From: a virus
Lineage: Duplodnaviria; Caudoviricetes
Virus record (IMG/VR): IMGVR_UViG_3300027545_000003
Coordinates: 1 to 42,290 of that record
Length of the DNA stretch: 42,290 nt
Reading direction: 5' to 3' (one strand)
In this document: positions 28,154-37,566 of the stretch, in pieces
Layout: each line of letters opens with the position of its first letter
Numbering within the stretch: position 1 is the first letter of the stretch
Position numbers and translations under genes: made by a program
The notes under the pieces: model-generated
Databases searched by the model: none
Told to the model about the DNA's origin: nothing
Seen by the model: the letters and a program-made list of their open reading frames with translations, nothing else

Positions 28154-29502
28154 ATGGCCCTAACGGCTTACTGCGTCTGGGAGGTTCGCCCCGGCTCGGG
28201 TTCCGACACAAACGGCGGCGGCTTCGACAACTCCGTCACGTCGCCGGGCACGGATTACTCTCAGCAGAATTCCGCACAAGTCACGCTGAACGGAACGACC
28301 GTCACTGCTCACGCCGCCGGTGTCACATCCACCATCATCCTGACAGGCTACACCGTGGCGACGGGCGACGTCGGCAATGTTGTCCACATCTCTGGGGGCA
28401 CCGGCTTCACCGCCGGCTGGTACACCATCGTCTCGGTAAGTGTCGGGTCGGTCACTTGGACGCTGGATCGCAACTGCACCACGGGCGTGGCAAGCGGCGC
28501 CACGGGAGCAATGGGCGGCGCGTGGAATAGCGCTGCGAACTTCACGGGTACCAGCATCGCCGTGGCCGGGAATATTGTATGGATCAAGGCGACGGCATCA
28601 ATTACCCTCACGTCCGGGCTAACCTTTCAAAGCAGCGGAGCGAGCGGCCTGCGTCTCTCGATTCGTGGGTACACAACCACGCGCGGAGACGGCTTGCCAG
28701 CCACGATCACCACAGCAACCAACTCCATCGTGTTGTGTTCGGTCACAAATATTAGCGGCCTGGAGTTTATGTCGATCAATTTCACCTCCACTGCCGGTAC
28801 GCCTGGAGACTGTTTCCGTTCAATCGGGACGGGGGACGCTTCTAGCCTCACCTTCCAGAACTGCGTCTTCAGCGGTTTCGCCATCGCCATTGATGGCAAC
28901 TACGCCCTCTATTACGAGTTCGACAATATAGTCCTGATCGAGTGCGAAATCAAAAGTTGCGTCTCTCACGGGATCTTCAACGATGGGGCGACCATCATGT
29001 ATGGATGCTACGTCCATGGAAACGGAGGTGACGGCTTCCGAATGCAGACTGGCAACACCGATTCTTACCTGTTCGCGTACGGCTGCGTCTTCGCCTCCAA
29101 TTCTGGAAATGGCTGCAACGACCAGTCTCAAGCCATTCGCGGCATGTATATTCAAAACTGTGACCTGTACAATAATACTGGCGCGGGGGCTCTCGTGGGC
29201 GCTGGAAACTCGTTCGCCTACCTGACATCCATCAACTGTATTTACTACACCAACGGTACCTTCGGGATCAACTTCCAAACGCCCGGTGCCGGGGCCGCTA
29301 TCGGAACCATCGCCATCCAGCGGAATAACTTCTTTGGTGGAGGTTCACAGGTTGCACGCAACACAGGCGCGCCCACCGGCGTCTCCGATGTCACCCTCAC
29401 GGCCAACCCGTTCAACTCGCCATCGACCGGCGACTTCAGCCTGAACTCGACGACGGGCGGCGGCGCGGCAGTAACCGGCGCTGGATGGCAGTCCGCGATA
29501 AT

Positions 29503-29506
<4 letters not shown>
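28154..29506 (+). CDS. Right-handed beta-helix tailspike / putative depolymerase
   Basis: Repeated NCVFS, GCYVHGNGGDG, NCDLYNNTGAG, NCIYYTNGTFGI; NPF...GDFSLN. Confidence 0.8.
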
Positions 29507-29819
<313 letters not shown>

Positions 29820-29832
<13 letters not shown>

Positions 29833-30122
29833 GGCGCTACTCCCGCGATGCTCGCTTTCGCCTTGGCCGTGACATCCAGGATCTCAATCGCCTGGAGTAA
29901 TTCTACTCGCGGTACAGCCTCTGGAAATTTGCATTCCTTTGGCGCTGACACACCATCTATCGCCAACTGCGAAAGCGACGCTGCGCCCTTCCAGTACCAT
30001 AGGCGCCTTGCGTTCAGAAGAACAACTTCCTGGCCGCTCCGGCTTTCTAGGTCGCCCGCAAAAACGCCCGCTGAATAGGTGCGGACGATAACGTACTTTC
30101 CTTTTGGTTCGGTTTTTGCCAT
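29820..30122 (-). CDS. DUF6948-like small beta-barrel protein
   Basis: YVIVRTYSAGVFAG, LLNARRLWYWKGAASLSQLA, AIEILDV; TTGCGC-17-AAGAAT promoter. Confidence 0.8.
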
Positions 30123-30173
30123 GTGTGGATTCTTGCACACGTTTTATCGCCGCGCAATAGTACCATAGGTTCG

Positions 30174-32669
30174 ATGCCTCTCGGTTGCGACGGCGGTGCA
30201 CTTCAGACGTACCCCGGCGCTTCCGGCGGCGCTCTCCGTAATCTCTACACCCCAACCCAGACCATCTCCCCCACGGGGCTTGCATCCTCCTTCACTGCTG
30301 GCCATCCGACCCTCAAATACAATCAGAATCTATCGCCCGGCGGATTAGCATCCTGGTTCGCCGCCGGCGCGCCGTCGATCGAGTTTATCGGCTACATCAT
30401 GCCGACCGGCAAGCCTTCGGACTTCGCCGTGGGCGTTCCACTCCTGAGCCACGGGACAATCACGCCCACAGGGAAGCCGTCCGACTTTGCGGCCGGCAAT
30501 CCTACGCTGAACCTGGTTCAGGCTGTCTCCACAACCGGCAAAGCGTCCGACTTCGCCGCGGGCAAGCCGTCGCTCATCCCCGCGCAGATCATTAGCCCGT
30601 CTGGGCTCGCCAGTTCCTTTGCGGCGGGTCGCCCTACGGTGGTAGGTGGACCGCAGGCGATCCTTCCACGCGGGCTTCCATCTGGCTTCCAGGCCGGCTT
30701 TCCGACGCTCAGCGGCCCATCGTCAGGCCTGCAAATCTTCCTCGGTGGCGTGGACATGACGAAGTACATTTCCCTCGAGGGTGTCGCCAATCAGGGCCTC
30801 GATGCGACCGACGTAATGCAGCCGCTCCAGATCACCTCGCAGACCATCGGGCGCTGGACGGCGGTCTTCGACTTCATCGATTTGGAAATGGATGCGTACC
30901 CGGAGGTCGATCAGACCTTCATGGTGATGGAGAACGGCGTCAAGTACATGAGCGGCGGCGTCATCGCCGTCCAGATCTCGCGTATGCAATCCTCTATCGG
31001 GCCACTCCAGTGCTACCACGTCACCTGTCAGGATTGGTCAGCGATCTGCGATCGCCGCGAAGTCAACGCCACTTACCCGGAAGGTTCGGACATCGCCGGA
31101 ATTGTTCTATCGATCTGGCAAAACGTGCTTTGCTCGCCAAACGAGGGCATCACCGCAAACAATGTCCCGCCGATTGGAGGCCCGCTCGGATCGATCGACA
31201 AGACGGAGGTGTTTAACTTCGTCTCGGTCACTCAGGCATTCAACCAGCTCGCCACGGACACCGGGTGCATCTGGTGGATCGATGTCAACGCAGACCTGCA
31301 TTTCGTCGACTACACGTCGCTCCCGAGTTGTCCCTACACCCTCACCGAGAGTCTGCTGACGGAGTTCCGCGCGCTCACCGCTACGGCCACACTCGTCGAT
31401 TACCGCAACACTCAGTACGTCGTCTCCAATCTGACTGCGATCCCGGGCGTCGCCAATCAGAGCGGGCCCGGGGGCGGACCGGGAACGCCCGGCTATGGCG
31501 GACCCGTTATCACCGAGACGTACATAATCCCCCAGGCTGCGGCGGAAGCCCGAGGGTTTTTCCTCGGGTGCATCATCACCAACTTTACGATTGCCCAGAT
31601 CACCGCGCTTACGGTCAACGGCGTTTCGCAGCCATTCTACTCTGGCCTCGATGGCTACAACTTTCAGCAAGCCTGGTGGTATTTTCCGGGCTTCAACATC
31701 CTGACGGCCCCGAATGCCGGAAATGACGCGCCGTTCCTGCCATCGCCTCCGGTCACTTCGCCGTACCCGAACATCGGAGACACCGTTGTGGTGTCCTACA
31801 TCGCGATCGCCGGCGCGCAGACAGCCGTAGTCCAGACGGGACCCAACGGGCCATTACAGCCCGTGACGCCCGGTGCGGCCGGATCGTGGGGTTCTGGTGT
31901 CTTCGAGAACGTCTTCCAGGTGCAGAACCTGAATCTGCAATCGGATCTGAACGCGCTCGCCGGAGCGCTGCTGAATCGCTCCGACTTCGTGCCGGTTCAG
32001 GTGCAGTTTGAAACCGACATGCCCGGCGCCGCGGTCGGCCAGAACATCTACATCGACATTCCCATCTCGTTCATCCCTGGATCAACGCAGTGGACGATTA
32101 CCAGCGTCCAGGGGACGGTGCAATCGGGCAAGTTGAGGTACGGGAGCTATTTCCGATGGGTCGTCCAGGCGACGTCCGGGCAGGATCTTGGCAATTCAAC
32201 TTTCTGGTTTGAGCGGCTCTTGCAGCGCACCGAGAACCCGCTTCCGATTCAGCAGAATGGGACGCTAACGTTTACGCTCGCGCCTGGCTACGGCCTCGTG
32301 GCTGGCGATCAGGCGAATAACCCGACACCGCTGATGACGGCAGGAACACTCACGGTCGCCTACGTGATGTGCGGGGTGCCTCCCACCGGGCAGTCGATGG
32401 AGATCGACATTCTGGACAACGGGACCTCGATCCTACTGAGTCCGATTGTGGTGACGGACGGAGACACAACGCAGGAGTTCTCTACCGGCTTCGCTGCGCC
32501 TGGCTTGACTGTGGCGATGGGCGATCTGCTGACCGTGTCCGTGACGTACAAGGTAACCAGCACGTCGCCCACGCCCGCGAGTTACGTCACGGTGTTCGTT
32601 CAGTGGTCGGTGTCGGGGCTTCCGGCTGGGCAGGTTCAGCCGGGCGTGTACCAGCAGTATATCGGCTAG
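30174..32669 (+). CDS. Tail tip/hub minor tail protein with N-terminal ~22-aa repeats
   Basis: ISPTGLASSFxAGxP repeats; CQDWSAICDRR, WWIDVNADLHF hub-like motifs. Confidence 0.8.
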   Translation: MPLGCDGGALQTYPGASGGALRNLYTPTQTISPTGLASSFTAGHPTLKYNQNLSPGGLASWFAAGAPSIEFIGYIMPTGKPSDFAVGVPLLSHGTITPTGKPSDFAAGNPTLNLVQAVSTTGKASDFAAGKPSLIPAQIISPSGLASSFAAGRPTVVGGPQAILPRGLPSGFQAGFPTLSGPSSGLQIFLGGVDMTKYISLEGVANQGLDATDVMQPLQITSQTIGRWTAVFDFIDLEMDAYPEVDQTFMVMENGVKYMSGGVIAVQISRMQSSIGPLQCYHVTCQDWSAICDRREVNATYPEGSDIAGIVLSIWQNVLCSPNEGITANNVPPIGGPLGSIDKTEVFNFVSVTQAFNQLATDTGCIWWIDVNADLHFVDYTSLPSCPYTLTESLLTEFRALTATATLVDYRNTQYVVSNLTAIPGVANQSGPGGGPGTPGYGGPVITETYIIPQAAAEARGFFLGCIITNFTIAQITALTVNGVSQPFYSGLDGYNFQQAWWYFPGFNILTAPNAGNDAPFLPSPPVTSPYPNIGDTVVVSYIAIAGAQTAVVQTGPNGPLQPVTPGAAGSWGSGVFENVFQVQNLNLQSDLNALAGALLNRSDFVPVQVQFETDMPGAAVGQNIYIDIPISFIPGSTQWTITSVQGTVQSGKLRYGSYFRWVVQATSGQDLGNSTFWFERLLQRTENPLPIQQNGTLTFTLAPGYGLVAGDQANNPTPLMTAGTLTVAYVMCGVPPTGQSMEIDILDNGTSILLSPIVVTDGDTTQEFSTGFAAPGLTVAMGDLLTVSVTYKVTSTSPTPASYVTVFVQWSVSGLPAGQVQPGVYQQYIG

Positions 32670-32721
32670 GCAAAATCCAGCACTTCCTGTGCGAGCCGGT
32701 TCATCCTAGTACCCTAGTTCC

Positions 32722-33999
32722 ATGATCCGTGCCGTCGATTCATGCTCATCCCTCACCGCTGCCGCGCTTGGCCGTGGCATCGGCGTCCGCTATCCCGGCG
32801 CGCTGGTGTTCGCGAACAACGCCATCATCACCACGGGCCGAAGCGGCGGCTTCGCCTATTGGGCGTTCGACTGCGATGCGATCTACACCCAGATCCTGAC
32901 GGCTCAGCAGAATTGGCGCAACTCGTTAAGCTTTTACGTCGGTCCGCAGAACGCCACCAACGGGCCAGCGGAAACAAATACCTGGAGTTGGTCGCAGGGC
33001 TCCGACGTTGTGGCCACTGTCACACTTGCGGCCAATGTCAACCGCGCACCATACGACCTGACAAAAGGGCCGCGCTTGAGGATTTACGCGGGAGGCGACG
33101 GGCACAAGACGCTAGGGACACTGCTCTACACGTCGTCGATTCTGCCTACAGCGGCGTGGTGTTCCGTCGACCTCGATTGGTTCTTTCCCTCCACGGGAGC
33201 CGGCCAGGTCAACCTCTACATCAACGACGTGCTGGACACGCTCCCGACCTATCCGGGTGGCCCAACAGTCGGTGCCGTTAATTGGGGCGGCTTGGTGCCG
33301 GATCGCTTCGCCCTCGTGATGTTCAATGGCGGCGGCGCCGGCTCAGGCTGGCAGATTTGCGACCTAGTGGTGTCCGACGCACAGGGCGCGAACAACAATA
33401 CGCGCCTCGGGCCGTGTCAGGTCGGCTTCATGACGTTCGACGCCGATCAGCTCATCCAGTGGGGCAAGCCGTTCCCCGCGTCGCTGGCGTCGACCGTGGC
33501 GGCGATCAGCGAGTATCCAGAGAGTTATCCCACCGCGGACCACGAAGCGCCAGACGGCGACGCGTCGTACATCTCGACATCGACCGCGGGTATCCAGAAT
33601 TTCTACAGCCTGTCTGGCATCCAATGTTTTGCGGAGATCCTCGGTATCGCTGTCGGGTTCTGCCTCCGCGATCCTTCGGCGGGAACGGTGGACATCATCT
33701 GCCGATGGTCGCCTCCGATGGGCGTAGCCTCTGACGTGGTGATCGGGGGGACCGGCGGGAGCTTCGGTCCGGTGAATCCGACCGCGTACACGACACTCCA
33801 GGCCATCAGCGAAGTGGATCTCTCGACGAACACCTTCCCGTGGCTCGACGGGCACATTCAAAACTCGTGGTGGGGGATCAACTGCCTAGGTGGCTCGCCG
33901 TATGTCACTCAGTTCTTTTTGGAGAAGGTGACGACGCGGCGAGCCGTTCCCTACACGTGCGGCTTTATGGGCAACACGTGCGTTCAGGGGATCTCGTGA
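32722..33999 (+). CDS. Tail protein with concanavalin/LamG-like domain (putative receptor binding)
   Basis: WCSVDLDW...VNLYINDV, ICDLVVSD..NNTRLGP, PDGDASYIS. Confidence 0.7.
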   Translation: MIRAVDSCSSLTAAALGRGIGVRYPGALVFANNAIITTGRSGGFAYWAFDCDAIYTQILTAQQNWRNSLSFYVGPQNATNGPAETNTWSWSQGSDVVATVTLAANVNRAPYDLTKGPRLRIYAGGDGHKTLGTLLYTSSILPTAAWCSVDLDWFFPSTGAGQVNLYINDVLDTLPTYPGGPTVGAVNWGGLVPDRFALVMFNGGGAGSGWQICDLVVSDAQGANNNTRLGPCQVGFMTFDADQLIQWGKPFPASLASTVAAISEYPESYPTADHEAPDGDASYISTSTAGIQNFYSLSGIQCFAEILGIAVGFCLRDPSAGTVDIICRWSPPMGVASDVVIGGTGGSFGPVNPTAYTTLQAISEVDLSTNTFPWLDGHIQNSWWGINCLGGSPYVTQFFLEKVTTRRAVPYTCGFMGNTCVQGIS

Positions 34000-34011
34000 T
34001 ACACTCATCCA

Positions 34012-34158
34012 ATGGCTGACCTCGTTGGAGACCTCGGAGACGATACCAAGAATCAGGCGATGCTCACGGCGGTGCTCGACCGGGCGCTCCTGGCGTTCGC
34101 CGCGGCGCTGGTTGCGGCAGGCAACGCGATCACGGCATTTGTGAGTCCGGCGAAGTGA
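34012..34158 (+). CDS. Small hydrophobic protein
   Basis: TACACT 6 nt upstream of ATG; GTGA overlap with next gene. Confidence 0.55.
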   Translation: MADLVGDLGDDTKNQAMLTAVLDRALLAFAAALVAAGNAITAFVSPAK

Positions 34159-34616
34159 GGCTTGCGCTCGCGCTGCTGATTTCAATTCCCGTTGTCGCCC
34201 AGACGCCAGCGACCAAACTTCCCAACGCTGCCGGCTGCGGCGCATCCTTTAGCGATCCTGGATGGACGGGCTACTGCTATTTTGCCACGCCGATGGTCTC
34301 CTCCCAGGCCATCTACAGCTTCTCGCTGTACCAGTTCATCCCAAACGGAAAGAGCGTGCCGACAGAGTCGACGACCACGGGGGCGGCGCTGGATGTGCGG
34401 CAGTTCGCGTTCAAGGCCGGGACGCTGCACATCTTCCTGCTCGGTACTCTTGGAGTGGGAACGAGCGCTACGGCCGTAACGCTTGCGACCTCTGGTGGCG
34501 GGTTGGTGCTGTGGCGATCTGCGAAGGGATGGACGATATCGGCCGGCGGGATCGAGAATAAGGCCAGCGGCGTTACGCGCCCGCAGTGGGTGCTCGGGCC
34601 TGGGTTAACATGGTGA
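34155..34616 (+). CDS. Secreted protein, possible small outer-membrane beta-barrel
   Basis: Signal peptide MRLALALLISIPVVA|Q; amphipathic strands; terminal Trp. Confidence 0.6.
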   Translation: MRLALALLISIPVVAQTPATKLPNAAGCGASFSDPGWTGYCYFATPMVSSQAIYSFSLYQFIPNGKSVPTESTTTGAALDVRQFAFKAGTLHIFLLGTLGVGTSATAVTLATSGGGLVLWRSAKGWTISAGGIENKASGVTRPQWVLGPGLTW

Positions 34617-34754
34617 AACGATGAGACGCAAATTGATCGTGAAATTCCTTAGAATTATGGCGCTGAGGCGCGAATGCCGGGGGAGCGCAAATCAACTCCT
34701 GTGTCTTATCGGCGAGCCATGTGTCACGAACGAGGATGCGGAAGAGTTCCGAAT

Positions 34755-34961
34755 ATGAACATCAAAATTTCAACGAGTCGCATCCTCCAAGTGGTGCTGA
34801 TCGTCTTGCACATCCTCAACATCGCGCTCCCCGTCGTCCCTCCTGCCGCGAAGATCTACATCACCACCGCGATCGGCATCGGTAACGTGATTGTCAACGA
34901 GTGGGCGCACGCGAGCAATCCGGATGGAACGCCTGCACCAGTGAATACGCCGAAACAATGA
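34755..34961 (+). CDS. Putative holin (two TM segments)
   Basis: ILQVVLIVLHILNIAL and IYITTAIGIGNVIV, then SNPDGTP. Confidence 0.6.
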   Translation: MNIKISTSRILQVVLIVLHILNIALPVVPPAAKIYITTAIGIGNVIVNEWAHASNPDGTPAPVNTPKQ

Positions 34962-35050
34962 TCTATCATCAGTCTACTGGCCAACTCTTTGCCGATGTGC
35001 GCGCCATGCTGTCAACAAGCGGAGATAAGATTGTGACCGTGGTTGCGTGA
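34958..35050 (+). pseudogene. Internally deleted Tlde1/DUF2778-like (L,D-transpeptidase fold) gene remnant
   Basis: MIYHQSTGQLF resembles the family N-terminus and ADVRAMLSTSGDKIVTVVA its C-terminus, joined in frame without a catalytic core. Confidence 0.55.
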
Positions 35051-35062
35051 TAGACTTGCCCC

Positions 35063-35587
35063 ATGACTCTACCGAATAAAGTCCCGTTCGTTCAGCCCCC
35101 GGCGATGGAAACTATCTCGTGGGGAACCTCCTTCGCCACGGTGCCAGTGCAGCAGCCGCGCTGGAATCGCTTCTCTACCCGCGCGCAAGCCCAATGCATG
35201 TGCAGCCAAATTGCGGCGGCAATTAGCGCTTCCCAGACCGGCGCCGTGTTCACAAATCCGCTCTCCGTCTCCGATCAACTCGCCTACGAAGCGCCTCCGA
35301 CCGTGTTACTAACACCGCTTGTGCCGAGCAACCCGCAGCCCGGCGACATTTCAATATTTGTGGTGTCTGGCTACGTGTCGATCAACGGCGTGGAGTACGA
35401 AATCAATGAGTACGCCGGTGACCTGGTGCTCCGTTCGCTCGTGCCGAATCCTGGCGAAGGCGACAAGAACCAGGTGCAGCAGGGCGAAGGGGCCAGCGCG
35501 GTGATGGTAGCCACTCCCGGCAAGCTAGCGGTGAACTTGGAGATTTACAGCGGGATTGCCCAGATTTATTGGGCTCTCGCTAGTTAA
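35063..35587 (+). CDS. Hypothetical protein
   Basis: 174-aa ORF; TAGACT 6 nt upstream of ATG. Confidence 0.7.
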   Translation: MTLPNKVPFVQPPAMETISWGTSFATVPVQQPRWNRFSTRAQAQCMCSQIAAAISASQTGAVFTNPLSVSDQLAYEAPPTVLLTPLVPSNPQPGDISIFVVSGYVSINGVEYEINEYAGDLVLRSLVPNPGEGDKNQVQQGEGASAVMVATPGKLAVNLEIYSGIAQIYWALAS

Positions 35588-35588
35588 A

Positions 35589-35642
35589 GGGGCTGTGCCT
35601 ATCTAGTTGTCGTAGCTTGCAGCACCCAGCGGCGAGGATAGG
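35589..35642 (+). ncRNA. Putative minimal HDV-like self-cleaving ribozyme
   Basis: Nested pseudoknot: P1 GGGGCUGUG/UGCAGC(A)CCC, P2 CCUAUCU/GGAUAGG, P3 AGUU/AGCU with GUCGU loop, AGCGGCGA junction before P2'. Confidence 0.55.
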
Positions 35643-35660
35643 CACGCCGCTGGAAACTTT

Positions 35661-35696
35661 GGGCCGTTCGGGAAACCGCGCGGCCCTTCGTGTTTT
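35661..35696 (+). terminator. Intrinsic terminator-like hairpin
   Basis: GGGCCG...CGG-GAAA-CCG...CGGCCC followed by TTCGTGTTTT. Confidence 0.55.
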
Positions 35697-35706
35697 ACAA
35701 TGAGCC

Positions 35707-35931
35707 GTGATCGACATAACTCCAGTAGGGACCATCGATGATCTGCCGTCACTGTGGCGTGGCGACACTCCTCCGATCGGCGCTTACTTCCTGATTCGCG
35801 AGACCGGCATCATCGTGCAGGCGTGGAGGTGGATCGGGTGTTCCGGGGACAAGGCGTGGGTTCCCGTTGGTCGCGTGCTGGAGCGGCAAGCACTTGTCGC
35901 TGAAATTCAATTGCCTCGGCCTTCTCCTTGA
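35707..35931 (+). CDS. Hypothetical protein
   Basis: TACAAT 5 nt upstream of GTG; converges on and overlaps the AP2 gene 3' end. Confidence 0.45.
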   Translation: MIDITPVGTIDDLPSLWRGDTPPIGAYFLIRETGIIVQAWRWIGCSGDKAWVPVGRVLERQALVAEIQLPRPSP

Positions 35932-36172
35932 ATCCGCCTAGGTATTTCCATCTGCGCGGGCGATCCTGCACTTTGATGTAGGCCTCCCACCGCATCCCTT
36001 GACGGTTAAAATAAATTCCCTCGATGCCACTCTTGGGAATCACCGGGACTATAAAGCGGTGGTTCTCCATGCGATTGCGGTACCGGCAGCGCTCGCTGCA
36101 CCACTTAGTGTCCGCGTGCGGGCTAAGGTACGGCTTTTGGCAAAACTCGCACGTCTTGGTCCTGATGGGCAT
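35810..36172 (-). CDS. Zinc-ribbon plus AP2-like DNA-binding protein
   Basis: CEFC..WCSERC; SGIEGIYF...RWEAYI...KYLGGFKEKAEA. Confidence 0.75.
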   Translation of the reverse strand: MPIRTKTCEFCQKPYLSPHADTKWCSERCRYRNRMENHRFIVPVIPKSGIEGIYFNRQGMRWEAYIKVQDRPRRWKYLGGFKEKAEAIEFQRQVLAAPARDQREPTPCPRNTRSTSTPAR

Positions 36173-36175
36173 GAC

Positions 36176-36553
36176 CTACGGCGCGGTAAGCCACAGGACC
36201 CACTCACAGGCCCCCGATGGCCCGTTCATCGCCACGTAGATCCGGTCAGTAGTCCCGGGCACTCCAGGAGCGTTGGTACCAGTAACGTAAGCTTGAGACC
36301 CTAGGCCGAACGGAGTAAACCCCGGGGAAACCATGTTGGCACCAATCGCGGTATTGCACGTCGCAGGAAGGGTCGGCCCGAAGCTCTCGTATTGCACGGG
36401 AGGATTGCAGCAGCGAATCTGAGCGGCACCTATCGCTGGGGCTGTCTGGCTCGCGGTTCCCCCAACCTGTGCGCCAAGGAAGCCGTGTGCCGGCAGCAGA
36501 ATCAGCAGCACCACGCCGAGGGTGAACAGCGCGGCGACAGTGTCGCGCCTCAC
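36176..36553 (-). CDS. Secreted/membrane-anchored hypothetical protein
   Basis: GTGA-coupled start; N-terminal hydrophobic helix. Confidence 0.6.
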   Translation of the reverse strand: MRRDTVAALFTLGVVLLILLPAHGFLGAQVGGTASQTAPAIGAAQIRCCNPPVQYESFGPTLPATCNTAIGANMVSPGFTPFGLGSQAYVTGTNAPGVPGTTDRIYVAMNGPSGACEWVLWLTAP

Positions 36554-36927
36554 TGCGTCGCCCTCACCACCACCACGTCGCCCGTTCCAGGAATCGGCGA
36601 GTTGAAGGTAATCGTCGTGGTCCCGGTCCCGATAACCACGGCTACGTTGGGCATCGTCCCCGCCGGCAGCTCGGCGGCCTGGTGCATCCAGACTCCATTG
36701 AGGAATGGCTCGACCTTGTTCGCCGCCTTTGCCGCGACGGGGATGGTGCAGGTAAATGGGACGGTGCCAAAGGCAACACAGGTCGCGGGATAGGGTAGCC
36801 AGTTGTCGCCAGCGGGCGGCGTTGGCACAGGGCGCACCTGATCGGGGTTGATAGTGGGAGCAGCCTGGGCCGCGATGTTCTGAGCCAGGGCGAGTCCAGT
36901 GAAGAGAGCGAAGAGGAGTGGTTTCAT
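36550..36927 (-). CDS. Secreted protein with tail-fibre-like beta domain
   Basis: Signal peptide MKPLLFALFTGLALA|Q; FLNGVWM...TITFNSP..GDVVVV. Confidence 0.7.
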   Translation of the reverse strand: MKPLLFALFTGLALAQNIAAQAAPTINPDQVRPVPTPPAGDNWLPYPATCVAFGTVPFTCTIPVAAKAANKVEPFLNGVWMHQAAELPAGTMPNVAVVIGTGTTTITFNSPIPGTGDVVVVRATQ

Positions 36928-37023
36928 AAGTCAATTGTACTGGCGGCATCGGGTTCCCCGGAACGCGTCGGAGGGAAGCGTCCCATCTACTCAATGCCGC
37001 CAGTGAAGCGAGAATATCACCAC

Positions 37024-37053
37024 TTGACACAAAATGCAATACCGTGCAAGAAT
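37024..37053 (+). promoter_or_regulatory. Sigma70-type early promoter, leaderless
   Basis: TTGACA-18-AAGAAT, ATG 6 nt downstream. Confidence 0.7.
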
Positions 37054-37059
37054 GCACGC

Positions 37060-37257
37060 ATGCCGGAAATTCGAGTATCGCTTTCGAGGGAATCGCACAA
37101 TCAACTTAAGATCATCGCAATAGGTCTCGATACCACCCTCAGTGGTGTGGTAGTGCAGGCGTGCGAGAGATACATCGATCTCGTGGGAATACGTTCGCCT
37201 AAGGCGAAACCCTCCCGCAAAACAGTACCTTCAATGGATTCCCGCAAGCGTACTTGA
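37060..37257 (+). CDS. Ribbon-helix-helix (Arc/CopG/ParG-like) regulator
   Basis: IRVSLSRESHNQLKIIA..LDTTLSGVVVQACERYI. Confidence 0.75.
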   Translation: MPEIRVSLSRESHNQLKIIAIGLDTTLSGVVVQACERYIDLVGIRSPKAKPSRKTVPSMDSRKRT

Positions 37258-37272
37258 GGAGCAAACTAAATC

Positions 37273-37566
37273 ATGGCAAACAACTACCCCGCTGGCGTAA
37301 CCGACGCGACGATTGATGATTACTTCGGACCCGACCAACCGGAGGACTTGGAAGTGATCACTCCTCGCGAGATTCTTGACCGGCTGATCGAGGAGGGATG
37401 CGAGGAGATGGATGCAGAAGGGCTGTACGCGCTTGAAGGAGCCCGCGTCTATCTCGCCCGCATGAATCGCCTCGACAGCACCGGCATGGCCGATGTGGCG
37501 CTCGCCCGTTTCCACACTGGCGATGCGACGGCTTCGGTGAGGACGGACGGGAGGCGCGAGCGATGA
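37273..37566 (+). CDS. Hypothetical protein
   Basis: GAGGAG RBS; NYPAGVTD..ID N-terminus common in phage early proteins. Confidence 0.7.
   Translation: MANNYPAGVTDATIDDYFGPDQPEDLEVITPREILDRLIEEGCEEMDAEGLYALEGARVYLARMNRLDSTGMADVALARFHTGDATASVRTDGRRER

Noticed and set aside
35626-35657. Hammerhead ribozyme (stem followed by GAAAC)
   Set aside because: No CUGANGA core upstream; the HDV-like topology fits better.
36554-37057. N-terminal extension of the 293-aa minus ORF 36176..37057
   Set aside because: Overlaps the real 36550-36927 gene and promoter region; GTG at 36553 is the coupled start.
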